Of a stretch of 64,000 nt of DNA, positions 28,059 through 40,398 are shown in pieces. Numbering within the stretch: position 1 is the first letter of the stretch; each line of letters starts with the position of its first letter. The DNA is from Antedon mediterranea (lineage: Eukaryota; Animalia; Echinodermata): NCBI RefSeq assembly GCF_964355755.1, contig NC_092671.1:17980001-18044000 (forward strand), written 5' to 3'. Both the position numbers and the translations under genes were made by a program. A model generated the notes under the pieces. It did not search any database, was not told where the DNA came from, and saw nothing but the letters and a program-made list of their open reading frames with translations.

Positions 28059-28140
28059 TATAGCGTCGTTTACATGCGCACCAAACTTGTATAGCGTATT
28101 CTACATGCACAATCATCTATATAGTACCATATACATGCGA
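28059..28140. repeat. 3 x ~30-bp tandem cassette upstream of the LINE
   Basis: Units at atag 28060, 28091 and 28121; same consensus and orientation as 24452-24530. Confidence 0.75.
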
Positions 28141-28421
28141 TAGGTCTAATTGCGCAGAGGTAACATTATGATTATTACAACAATAATTTATATACCCAAT
28201 TAGCCAACACATGTTTGCGCATCATTAAGTTGAGAGAGATTTTTAACAGCTAATCATGAGAAAAATAATTGATTTGGATTTGTGTAGTTTAAATGTATTC
28301 ACGGTCATGGTTGATATTTAGTATTATTTTTCATTTAGCATTTTAGAAGTTGACTTCGATGAAAAATTGTGACGACATGATATCTTTTTTCTCAAAAAAT
28401 TTCATCTGGTTTCAAATGGAT

Positions 28422-28523
28422 ATTTAATAAATAAATGTTGACTTTTTGGTTAAACCAGTTGACTAGTACTTACTAGTACTTGTCAACTGGTTTAACCAAA
28501 AAGTCAACATTTATTTATTAAAT
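28422..28523. repeat. Perfect inverted repeat, 42-bp arms, 18-bp spacer
   Basis: 28422-28463 is the reverse complement of 28482-28523. Confidence 0.9.
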
Positions 28524-31500
28524 GATATCTTTTTCTTTGATACTTTGGTGAATATGTTATGTATAATTACCGCATGCTTTATTATAAAAGATGTATATTT
28601 TAGTATTATACTCCATAAGGTTCTAGTGGTAATTACCAACAGCGTTTCTACTGAACTATTACTAGAATTGTTAGCTGTTATTCGTTGGCAATACCGACTA
28701 TTTTTAATGCTACCCACAATACTCTAGTACTGTATTACAGTCACTTTTTTACTGCTGCCACTTCTGTTAGTCATTGTTATGAACTATTATTTGTACTACC
28801 GTATTATTTCTACCCATACAATGATCAAACTATTGTGCTTAGTACTAATTGTATATCTAAATGACTTTATCAATAGTCAATACACTACCAAAAATGCATG
28901 CGTCTCACAAAGTGAGTGAGTTGCGCACTATTCTATGCACCTTTTACCAAAAGTAAGCTGCGATTATTCTCAAACCAAAGTGAGCTAAGTCCAATTATCC
29001 AACACATTTGTACGCATCATTGAGTAGCTCGAGATTTTCATTTTCAACAGCTAATCATGAGAAAAATAATTGATTTGTATAATTATATGTGACCTTCGTG
29101 CAATGTTTCTGCTCTAATTTAGACCGGAATCTGTTCTTTGGCAACATAGAATTCTAAATTAATCAAGCATTTCAAACACTAAGTAGAATATTGAGTGTAA
29201 CATCGGTCCAATGGTTAATTGATTTGGCCAGTAATCTGAGTGATGCTCATTATGGCGGTTAATAGTTTCTCAACTTTTTCCAATATTTCTTTTTTTCTTA
29301 TATAACCAAAAGCATTTTATTATATAATTATTGTTAGATGACTGAAAGTTTACTTATCAATAAATATTATGATCTATTTCCATTATATATTTTTGGTGAT
29401 GTGCGTCTTAAATTGCTAAGCACTTGATTATTTAACAACAGGTATAGGTGACATAAAGGTGACACTAAGTAGGTCAATTGCCGTATATTTTAATTAATAC
29501 TATAAACATGAATCTAAATTTTTGTCGTTGCTTAAAATGTTTTACACTGAAGATTGTGTTGATACTATACGCGAGGATCACGTGATATCTACTTAATAAT
29601 ATTCTGGGAAAGACATTACCGATTTAGCTTGAAGGGAATAATATGTAAAGTGGCGGAATAATTTCTATGGGGACATCTGTAATCAGGCATTTGCCATAAA
29701 AATATGAGTTTACATTTTCAATTTTCTACCATCATGCGTACAATACTTTAAAAAGAATAGAGGCATTAATGTATCGTATACAAAATTCGGTATTCATAAT
29801 CACGATAGGCCTATTATATACATCTGTTTACATTTACAAAATTGACATTTATGGTCAATATTTGTTGTATTTGACAATAGGGCCTATAAATATGTTTACA
29901 ATGTGCTCAGAGCATAACCTTTCTTTCTGTATGATATTCGCATAGTAACTATAATGTATAATAACGTTTACACAATAAAGATAAACAGAGGATATTATAC
30001 TAGTGTGCCGTATTAGTTTAACCCTAGACATTTCTGACTTGTTATTTAATTAATGGTGTAAAATGATACGCTTCAGTAATGGATTTGACTTAAGTTTTTT
30101 CTTAATTCCACTCACGCAGAAAACTACGTTTAAATAAAAATAAAAACACAAATAATATATGAATAAAAGTGGTGGTTCAAGCCACAAAAGAGAAAAAAAA
30201 GAAAATAATATATGAATTTAAATAAGTAAATATTTTATAAAATCTGGTAATGTTTCTCTATTAATATTATTGAATAACAATTACATTTTAAATTGGTAAA
30301 TTTTATGAGATATGAAGGCTAATAAGTTCGGGTATTAACCTTAGATTTATGAATATCATTACCTACGTTGGTTATACACTGCTGAATACATAAAATGAAT
30401 CAATATCATTGATTTATTTCTAAGGACTTGATTTGATTCAACAGAAAAAAATCACTAATTAGCGTTTTCTATTGATCAAGAATAGAAGTACACGGTGAAT
30501 AATATGATATGTAACATTGAATATTTTATCTAAGATACCATATTACTCACCGTGTACTTTTCCCCTATACTTAAAAGTATAATGAATTTAGTATTTATGT
30601 TGCTGTGAAGAACGAAATATAATGTATGTGTTGATAGTAGCCTCAATAGAATGCTGATAGTGATATCTAAGATAATTTAAAACAAATGAATCATGATGAT
30701 AATTATGATAATGATGATTATGATGACGAGCAGTTTATCTATGGTTTGAAGATTGTTGTAACCATTTTATATGAATTCTCGGATTATTATGCTATCGATT
30801 TTGATACAATGAAAATTATGCGATGACAAGTTAATATCGACTATGGTGAACACGTTGTTCCAGTTCACTTTGTGATTGATCAGATCGTTGCTATACACGT
30901 GGGTGACGTATTTCACACTCAAACTTGCAAAAAGTGTTCCCATAAATAACTTCAACGTATTGATTATGTCGGCAACTCTAAGAAGTATATAACAACACAA
31001 AGGTTACACTGCAGTTTCGTGAATGATTAAATAAAAGGCGATACGTTTTCCGTGACATTTGACATTTGTACATAATTCGCTTTTTAAATGTTAGTCAAAT
31101 GTTAATACATATAGGCCTACGTTGTAGAATCCAACGAAGACTAATGTATGGTAATATTGACCCAATAATGTCCATTTCGGAGACGAGATTCGTGCATAGC
31201 CTGTTATATTAATTTACAGTGTTTATTGTTATTATATCATCACTTATTGTTGTCATTTTAAATTATTAATGGCATGCTGATCTATGTATATATATTTGTA
31301 TCGCTGCTGATTTTGAATGAAAAATAAATTAGGAAAGCTTAAAGAATCGTAAGTACACCTTGCTATCTGGCACTACTGTAGTCCTATGATGTACAATTCA
31401 ATAGGATTCCATATAGAACTTGAACCTTCTTAAATTTAAATTTAAAATTAAATGCGTAAATAGTATATGGCTACCGTCTACAGGCTGCATGTTACGTACC

Positions 31501-34419
31501 CCCCAAATGTGCACTGCTCTATAGCTTTATGATATAGATCCTTCATTAAAAAAAAGATGAAGAAGCTAGTTATCATAACTTCGTAGTAGAGTGTACCAAA
31601 GCCACTCTCTAAATAATAAGGATAACTACAATCCAACATTTTATAACTGCTGTACTGAATCTCAAACCACCAATTCTCAAGGTGGTATCGTATAGGCTTC
31701 CTGAATTATCACTATGATTAATGTTCTTTGAAGACAATGGAATGTAGGCTCTATAGAACTACACACGTAAGTACATAAACAGGTAAACAGTTCATTTTAT
31801 TCATGTATATTATTCAAGAATACGGTAGGCCTACTGGTATTGAGTACTAAAACATAAGCTATAACCTACCGTCATCATCATGAAAACGTACAATTAATAA
31901 TACGTGTATGATATTATTATTGATAACAAGAACGCGTTTTGGTATAAAACAGTTTAGATTATGCTAAAAATATGAAACAAAATCGTTTTACCTTTTTCTT
32001 AAATTCAAGAGACCATAGAACCGTTAACGCCACAGATTAATGCAAGCAATGCTATAAATCCACTAGCGAGTTATTAATATTACAAGTCAGTCGTGTGTGC
32101 AACTTGAAGTATATGATGTATTCACTGTACATCTGTTATAATGAACCACACGTTGAACAATGCAGATAGTGATGCTAATGCTACAATCTTCACCTCGTTC
32201 TTGTAATATATTCTGTATATTGTATCATGACGGATGGTACAGCAGAATTACAAAATGAAGTTTACCGTATATCTCGCCTGAAAATGTTCATATGCGCTTG
32301 TGTAATGGCAATACAAAATGGTGGTATTCCTTAGAGGTAGCTTCTGAGCGACAGTGAAGCCCCCCGAGTTAATATCTTGTTGCTTTTTAATACAAACTCT
32401 TCCGTAATTAGTTCAATTTCACACTTCATGTCCTGGTCGTGACTGTTCTATATCCAAGCAGTACATAATTAGAAAAACATAGACGTGGTTGCCTATGCAT
32501 TATTTTGTTTTATTTAAACGATAATAAGGTGTACTTCAAAATAATTTAGTCCTATAGTCAAATAAATTAACTTCTATGCAAACGCGATTCCAATTATGAT
32601 TCGTTTTGATATAAGCTATGACGAAGCTAATGGTTACTGATGAACAATTGCACTGTAAACTACGTCACCGTGCCAATTAATCAGAAATGGAATATGGATC
32701 TGGCTACCGCAATCGCAATTTATTATTACTATGCATGTTTTGTGTAAATTGGAATCGTGCATTTGGAAGGCGAGCATTGATCGCTGCAGCTGATACCTCT
32801 TTTTGTTATACTGGCTTTGATTAACTGTGAGAACAGAAACCATTTCAACGATCGCTATTCAGAAGCATCGTTCTGTAGCTTTTTATGCATAATTAGGCTA
32901 GTGATGCGTCTCAGAATATAAAATATGAGGATTTTTGCCAGTATGTGTTTTGTTTGGTTCTGCAGCCTTATTGCCACTGTAAATTTAAAAGATCTCATTT
33001 TCTTTCAAATAAATAGCACATGCACGCAACTAAATAAACATGATACAAGATTTATTTCAACGTGTTTCGCGTAAAACAGTTCCTCATGATATCGCATGGC
33101 CAACATTGCTTTTGAATTTTGTAGTATTTATTTCAAATGCTTCATTATTATTATCTAATTAATATATTTTGATTTAGAAACAGTAGGCATAGGTGTATTC
33201 AACTGGTCTGGGTTTGCGCAGATGAAGCTTTCCTCAGACCCGCTTTTTGTACGCGCACGTGTAGGTCACTGCGAGGAGACATTTGCTAGGAACCAGCACG
33301 ATTATCTAATACAATTTACCTTAATACAATTAAAAGTCATATGTTTATTTGTAAATGTAAGTTTACTAATATGTTGAAGAACAAGGCCATGTAAATGACT
33401 GCAGTCGCGTGCTCAAGTGAGTGTTTACCCACCGACAAGAGTGATCTGAGAGTCGCGTTGCAGGCGACTAAAAACTAAACAAAAAATGGTTAGATGTTTT
33501 GAAGGAAATGCAATACAAGTTTCACATCATTATATGAAAATGAAACAGGTGAAATCACAGTTTATGTTGACATACTCTAACAATTGTTGTTTTGGTTTAT
33601 CGCCCAAATACACTTATTATAACATAACGTTGTATATGGGTCTATAAGGAATTTATCAAATAGATACTAGATGCTATCAGTATTAATCATAACCATCGAA
33701 TATCTTTCTTAATGTATCCTATTGTTACTGTTATTCTTCGATAAATTATCGTGACGTATTTATACATTGAAAGAATCAACATGTTGATCAAAACGAGATC
33801 ACTCAAATACTGAGGTCATTTGAATAAGTCCACCTAAATCGTATGTTTGTTATTGTACCATTTAATTTATCGCAAAAAAATTAGTAGGTTTTTATGATAA
33901 TTAATATTGCATTTGAAATAAAATTCATAACCCTACGATTTTCATTTAAAAAACGATATTATTATCACCTTATTTTTAGAAAAAAATGTATATCTAAATA
34001 TAATGTAATTTCCAATTTTAAGATTTTTTTTTTCTTTTAATGACACACACGCATAGCTTTAATTTCTAATTAAGTATAGGAGCAAATTCCTACATCTCGT
34101 AATTCCCCTTAACGATACTTTACATCTGGGAAATCACAATCATTAGAATCTGCCATCTTGTGACCTTTTGTCAATAATCTAAATCAGAGTAATTTAAAAT
34201 GATTATGACTATTGTAAATTATACATTTATATTATAGATCTGTCGAAAAACACTAATCTAAATCTTATTTACAATACAACCTTATAACCTATAGTTCAAG
34301 AATGCATCATGGTTATTATCGGTGATTCTAGAACGTTTTCGTATTTCAATCTCAAATTATTTTAATAAGAGACGCTATTTAAGTATGGTATGTTAAGTTA
34401 CAGAATAATATTATTTCCG

Positions 34420-34892
34420 ATACTGTGCGTACTAGTACTGGTGCACCACAAGGTACCGTATTGGCGATCATGTTGACCATAGTTAAGAAGTTAAATAAAA
34501 GGCTGTACTGCCTGAGGAAACTCGGTTCGTTCAGGGTAACGCAGGATATTTGTAGAAGGTTTTACTCATCAGTGATGTTATCTATTTAGGGTTATTCTAT
34601 ATTGGGCTGGGCAGGGAATATCAGTAAAAGGGATAAAGACCGAATTGAAAAGTTGCTGGGTAGAGCGGGGAAAGTAATTGGTTCGTCTGTTCAAACGCGT
34701 GACTCTTTCTACAGCGAACGTCTTGCCGATGTGTTCCATGCTATATTGGAAGACACCAACCATTCTCTTCATAACGACATTATCGGCTCCGTTATCGTTA
34801 GATGTGGTCGGATGAGGACGGTGAACGCGCAGACGGACCGTTACAAGTACTCGTTCTATGCAGCTGGGATAAGGCATTATAATAATGTATGA
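34420..34892 (+). mobile_element. L2/CR1-group LINE 3' remnant with internal deletion
   Basis: TGAPQGTVL joined to KKLNKRLYCLRKLGSF, then WAGNIS...IEKLLGRAGKVIG...HSLH...RYKYSF. Confidence 0.7.
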
Positions 34893-35396
34893 GCACTGTA
34901 ATTTCCATTTATATTGGACAATAAATGAATCTGTATCTGTATTATTCTGTGGTATAGAACGTATACAGTGAAACAAAAGCTGTTATAGTATACATATACA
35001 GTACTTCGTAGTCACAGTGGCCAATATTTTATAGTTGAAGTATAGTTCTTTGAAGCTGAAACCAATACCAAAATGAGAACATCTGGGCCCAAGGAGATGG
35101 TTAATGATTCTTATTTAAAAAACCACGTACAGGAAGATGACGTTGCAGTTATTGTCATGAAGGTAACTTGAAATGATGGTTGACATATAATATGTTTAGT
35201 AAATGCGTATGATAAATGAACTCGAGTGTTTTGTTTACTCTATCGATTTCTTGATTCAAATCGAACCACATGGCATTAGATATTGCGCTCCAGGATTAAT
35301 TACATAATACCATTTGGTATGTCCGATTTCACTTATCAAAATTGATAAGTTTCAATGGAGGTGATTCAGTTTTGTTTTGGTTAAAACAATGCTGTA

Positions 35397-36073
35397 CAAC
35401 GTTATATAGAGACATTATAGCAACGTTATAGCAACGTTTATAGAGACATAGAAACATTGCAGCAACGTTTTAGAAACGTTTATAGAGACATAGCCACATT
35501 GCAGCGACGTTTATAGAAACAGCAACATTGCAGCAATGGTGTAGCAACGGTTACATAGACATAGCAACATTGCAGCAGCAATGTTGTAGCAACGTTTACA
35601 GAGACATAGCAACATTGCAGCAGCAATGTTGTAGCAGCGTTTACAGAGACATAGCAACATTACAGCCATGTTTTAGCAACGTTTATAGATACGTAGCAAC
35701 ATTACAGCAACGTTTTAGCAACATTGCAGCAATGTTGTAGCAACGGTTACAGAGAAATAGCAACATTGCAGTAGCAACATTAGGGCAACGTTTACAGAGA
35801 CATAGCAACATTGCAGCAGCAATGTTGTAGCAACGTTTACAGAGACATAGCAACATTACAGCCATGTTTTAGCAACGTTTACAGATACGTAGCAACATTA
35901 CAGCAACGTTTTAGCAACATTGCAGCAATGTTGTAGCAACGGTTACAGAGAAATAGCAACATTGCAGTAGCAACATTACAGCAACGTTTACAGAGACATA
36001 GCAACATTGCAGCAACGTTTTAGCAACGTTTATAGAGACATAGCAATATTGCAGCAACGTTGTAGCAACGTTT
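35397..36073. repeat. Compound minisatellite of GCAAC(A/G)TT-based subunits with higher-order repeat
   Basis: Repeated agcaacattgcagcaacgttt / acagagacat blocks; an approximately 195-bp block recurs near 35590 and 35785. Confidence 0.9.
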
Positions 36074-37357
36074 TAAAAAACACTTTGAACATGTATAGGT
36101 AATATTGTAACATCATTATGGAAACATTAAAGAAATGAAATGTTATATAGCACCTGTCTACATTTCCATATTTAAATATCTTTAAGTCGCACTTCCTTCC
36201 CCACACCCAGTATGCATTACGTTATTGGTGATTCAGGTCGTTAGGCTAGTAATTTACACACATCAAATTTGAAACAAAATAAAAACGAAATGCACTCGAG
36301 GAAATTTGCTTTATTGTTGTAAAGAATAATAGTATTACTAGTAGTTACCATAGTCATTCTGTCTTGATTCATAATTAATTAATATTTATCACACTCCGCT
36401 AATGTTGCATGACCTAGAATTATATATCAATCGAATGACGATGTTGATCATACACTGGAGTATTCATTAACAATATTAATACTCTTCATTTTTAAACGTG
36501 AACATTGGTTAACCATAAATAATGTTAGACCCTGCGTACTTAACAAATGATATATCATATTTCTTGGAGGATACAGTAAGACATTACTCTTAATCTAGAA
36601 CTTTTTGTTTGTTTCGTTCATTTATTAACAAATTGTTGTGCATTGTTTTTTTTTTTGGTGTTTAACTCACTCGAATTTCGATTTCTAAGAGTTTAAGAGT
36701 AAGATATAAATATACATCATTATGCTCGTAAACATGTTACCTGAATTTGTAATTGGTAAGTTTTTTTTCAACGAAATGAAGAATTAGATGGATAGAATTC
36801 TGCTCGTAGAGGGCGCGTGTTATATTGTTCTTATGTTAGAGTACCCAATGAGGTAGGCCTGCTGCTTTACTTGTAAGATATAATTACTAGCACACTAAAT
36901 GTTAAAATAAATAAAATATCTCAAAAAAGACGACTTATCAAGTTCAATTGTGTATTGTAAATAAATAATAAGCAATATTAAAGTGTATAGCTCCACCTAG
37001 AAAATTTCTATTTTTCATATATTAAATGTTATTTAAAAACATCATCCCTCATAAGAGTATTCCATAATTTTGCCTTGAATTTTATTCTGTGTTGATAAAA
37101 ATGAAAAACATTCCAATAATACTCATTTTTAGTATTTACCAAATTAATTTCAGGCATTCTTACCGTTGTAAATGTTCCCTTCGCTCTGGAGGTGAAACGG
37201 TGAGCGTGTGCTTAGCTCTGAACCCGCCATTACAAAATGCATTCTGCAAAAAAGAAAGTTTGAAAGTTATTTCACAATGTATAGTAAACCAAGATACGTT
37301 CACGTAAGTGTATATCTGTCTATAATTGTTAAAACATAATATGTATTTCCGAATGAC

Positions 37358-37501
37358 TAGTTGGTTGTGTAGGTAGGTAGTTGGTTGTGTAGGTAGGTAG
37401 TTGGTTGTGTAGGTAGGTAGTTGGTTGTGTAGGTAGGTAGTTGGTTATGTAGGTAGGTAGTTGGTTGTGTAGGTAGGTAGTTGGTTGTGTAGGTAGGTAG
37501 G
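37358..37501. repeat. 20-bp minisatellite (TAGTTGGTTGTGTAGGTAGG) x7
   Basis: Direct reading; one substitution. Confidence 0.95.
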
Positions 37502-37763
37502 CGCTGCATAGATTTCAAGCACCACTTGCATACTGTCAAGGCAGGCCTTGCGCCTTAAATTGCAGAGATACAGTGCGGTGGTGTTTGTTTGATGTTCTAT
37601 TTGGTTAAAAAATACCAATACTCAATGTATTCACTGAATAAAATACAGTAGGCCTAGAGTACTGTAGGGACCAAAAAAAAGTTTCTCTTTAATATATAGG
37701 TGTCCCTTCAAATCATGAGAACATTTCTCTTTAATTGTCCCAAAGGAGGAGTTCAACTGTGAA

Positions 37764-37951
37764 GGCTAATTTACACAGACGATGGATCGTGGTAAACTGT
37801 AAACAAAAATATAAAATATGTTGTTTCTTATGACCGTTACACAAAACGCAGAGCAGACGGGTGGTTGAGCGCAAACCCGCCACGGATAAATACAGTTCTC
37901 ATTTGGAACAACGTGGTTTTCCGCTTTTACCGCCGTCTGTGTAAATTGGCC
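37764..37951. mobile_element. MITE with ~18-bp TIRs
   Basis: ggctaatttacacagacg at left and cgtctgtgtaaattggcc at right. Confidence 0.65.
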
Positions 37952-38272
37952 CAATACAGTCTCACTCCATACCCGATATATTTCAAGAGCTTGGCAAGAC
38001 ATATCTTCTTAACTATTATTATTCCGCTCTGAGCTAGTTAATCAATAATTCAGTACTTTCTGTAATTAGAAATCACTACATAAAACCGTACTCCTAATTG
38101 GTTATTAAATGATTGATAAATTCTTGATGTATATCTCGAATTATCAATAGAAAATCAGAATTAACATTTAATTATATCCCAACCATTAAATTAAAGTATT
38201 CAATAAACTATCGTACCACGCCGAGAATGTTAAAGAGTCGCTATCCAATCAAGTTCGAACAATACCATGAAA

Positions 38273-38344
38273 GCCCCAGTGGTCTAATGGTTAGGACATC
38301 TGCATATCAAGCAGGCGGTCCGAGTTCGAGTCTCGGTTGGGGCG
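38273..38344 (+). tRNA. tRNA-like gene with anticodon ATC (Asp-decoding), copy 1; may be a SINE head or pseudo-tRNA
   Basis: 72-nt cloverleaf: acceptor GCCCCAG/TTGGGGC, D arm, anticodon stem TCTGC/GCAGG with loop ATATCAA, T arm CCGAG-TTCGAGT-CTCGG; TTTTT terminator just downstream. Confidence 0.6.
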
Positions 38345-38637
38345 ACTTTTTCTCATTCTCACAGATTTCCTCATCTTTATCGTTTCAAATTAATTAATTA
38401 AATTTCAGTATATCACCGGGCGGTTTAGAATTAATGTTCTTTGCCTGATTTGTTTATATATATAAAAAGTATCTCTTCGGAGATCCCGCCTCGGGAATAA
38501 AAATACTGTAAGATGAGGGCGTATCAATTTGATCTCTGGTGCGCGTGCGTACAACTGAGAACTAGTGCTGTTCCGCCGTACCACGCCGAGAATGTTAAAG
38601 AGTCGCTATCCAATCGAGTTCGAACAATACCATGAAA

Positions 38638-38709
38638 TCCCCAGTGGTCTAATGGTTAGGACATCTGCATATCAAGCAGGCGGTCCGAGTTCGAGTCTCG
38701 GTTGGGGCG
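38638..38709 (+). tRNA. tRNA-like gene with anticodon ATC, copy 2 (G1->T)
   Basis: Identical to copy 1 except the first base; part of a 365-bp-period duplication. Confidence 0.55.
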
Positions 38710-38816
38710 ACTTTTTCTCATTCTCACAGATTTCCTCATCTTTATCGTTTCAAATTAATTAATTAAATTTCAGTATATCACCGGGCGGTTTAGAATTAAT
38801 GTTCTTTGCCTGATTT

Positions 38817-39258
<442 letters not shown>

Positions 39259-39763
39259 CAATTATTAGCTAAAATGCATTATTGAGTTTGGTCAACACCG
39301 CGCATTTTATGATTGAGGGCAGTAGACTTAAAAATTATTAAACTTTTTATTTGTACAGAATTTCACCAACCGTTGGCAACGTCTTTCTTAAAGTTAAGCT
39401 CCACCCAGAACATTTCTATTTTTCATACATTTATGTTATTCAAAAATATCATGCCTCATACTTCATATTTTTTTTTAATAGTTTTCAAAACGATTTTCTT
39501 GAAAATCACGCCTTTTCGTAATTATGCTAGGGAGTATTATCACGTGACATTTTTCACGATCACACTATTGTACCGGCATAATCTGTTCTCGTCGCGAAAT
39601 TGTTTTTGACGGGTGAAAAGTATATTAAAACATTCTGGATGTGACCCTATCATGTTTTCACTGTATAATGATGTCATTATGAGATTATTACTAAAATGTC
39701 AAATTTAACGAGATCTGAAAAAGACGTGGCTATATATTCAGTAAAGCTAGGCCTACTAGGTCT

Positions 39764-40266
39764 TGTTACCGTAGGCGTCCATCATAAATAAATTACAAAT
39801 TTTGTAGATACTGATGTTCCTTTATTTATTCTCTGAACTATCTCTTGTATCTCTACAAATTACAGTATCATTAGCAACTTGAATAAACACCGTGAAAACT
39901 ATAATAAAACAAAGATTAGCATTACAATGTAGGCCTAATCATATCATCATCGTACAGGCAGACAAGCACAGGTCTGACTCATGGGGCTGGGGAACATGAT
40001 ACCCTAAAGCCTAGGGCTAGCTCTCAGCAATGAAGTAAAACTCAACTAATTAAAAATACAAGTCATAAGTTATAATTACAATCACATGAATAACCATGTG
40101 TAAATACCTTGTAGCCTTATTGGAGCCTATGGTAAAGATACTTTGAACAATGATTATCTCTAAACTTTATGTCATAAAAAATGTCTTATAAAATGTCTTA
40201 TTCTCTCTTATCACTTTTTATTTATTTGAACTCTAGAGGGCCTCCTATAAGTAGGCTGCAGTTACA
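39764..40266 (-). repeat. 3' LTR
   Basis: Direct repeat of 43302-43804; begins TGTAAC and ends TAACA on the minus strand; AATAAATAAA near its end. Confidence 0.95.
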
Positions 40267-40398
40267 CTCCCACCCAAATCATCTATGATTTAACCTTAAC
40301 TCCCACCCTTGCCAGAATAAACACAAGTAATGCAAAACTGGAAGTATATTAACAATATTTACCAAAACTATAAAGAATAAGTTAACAGTTTGTATTTT

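Noticed and set aside
30486-30560. Strong minus-strand donor (CG|GTGAGT) as a synaptotagmin exon
   Set aside because: It is one arm of a small inverted repeat (aagtacacggtga / tcaccgtgtactt), with no convincing upstream reading frame.
31990-32070. Minus-strand donor at 31991 as first coding exon
   Set aside because: The phase-1 frame contains stops immediately upstream; could only be a UTR exon.
35528-35865. Cys/Gln-rich repetitive ORFs
   Set aside because: Translations of the compound minisatellite.
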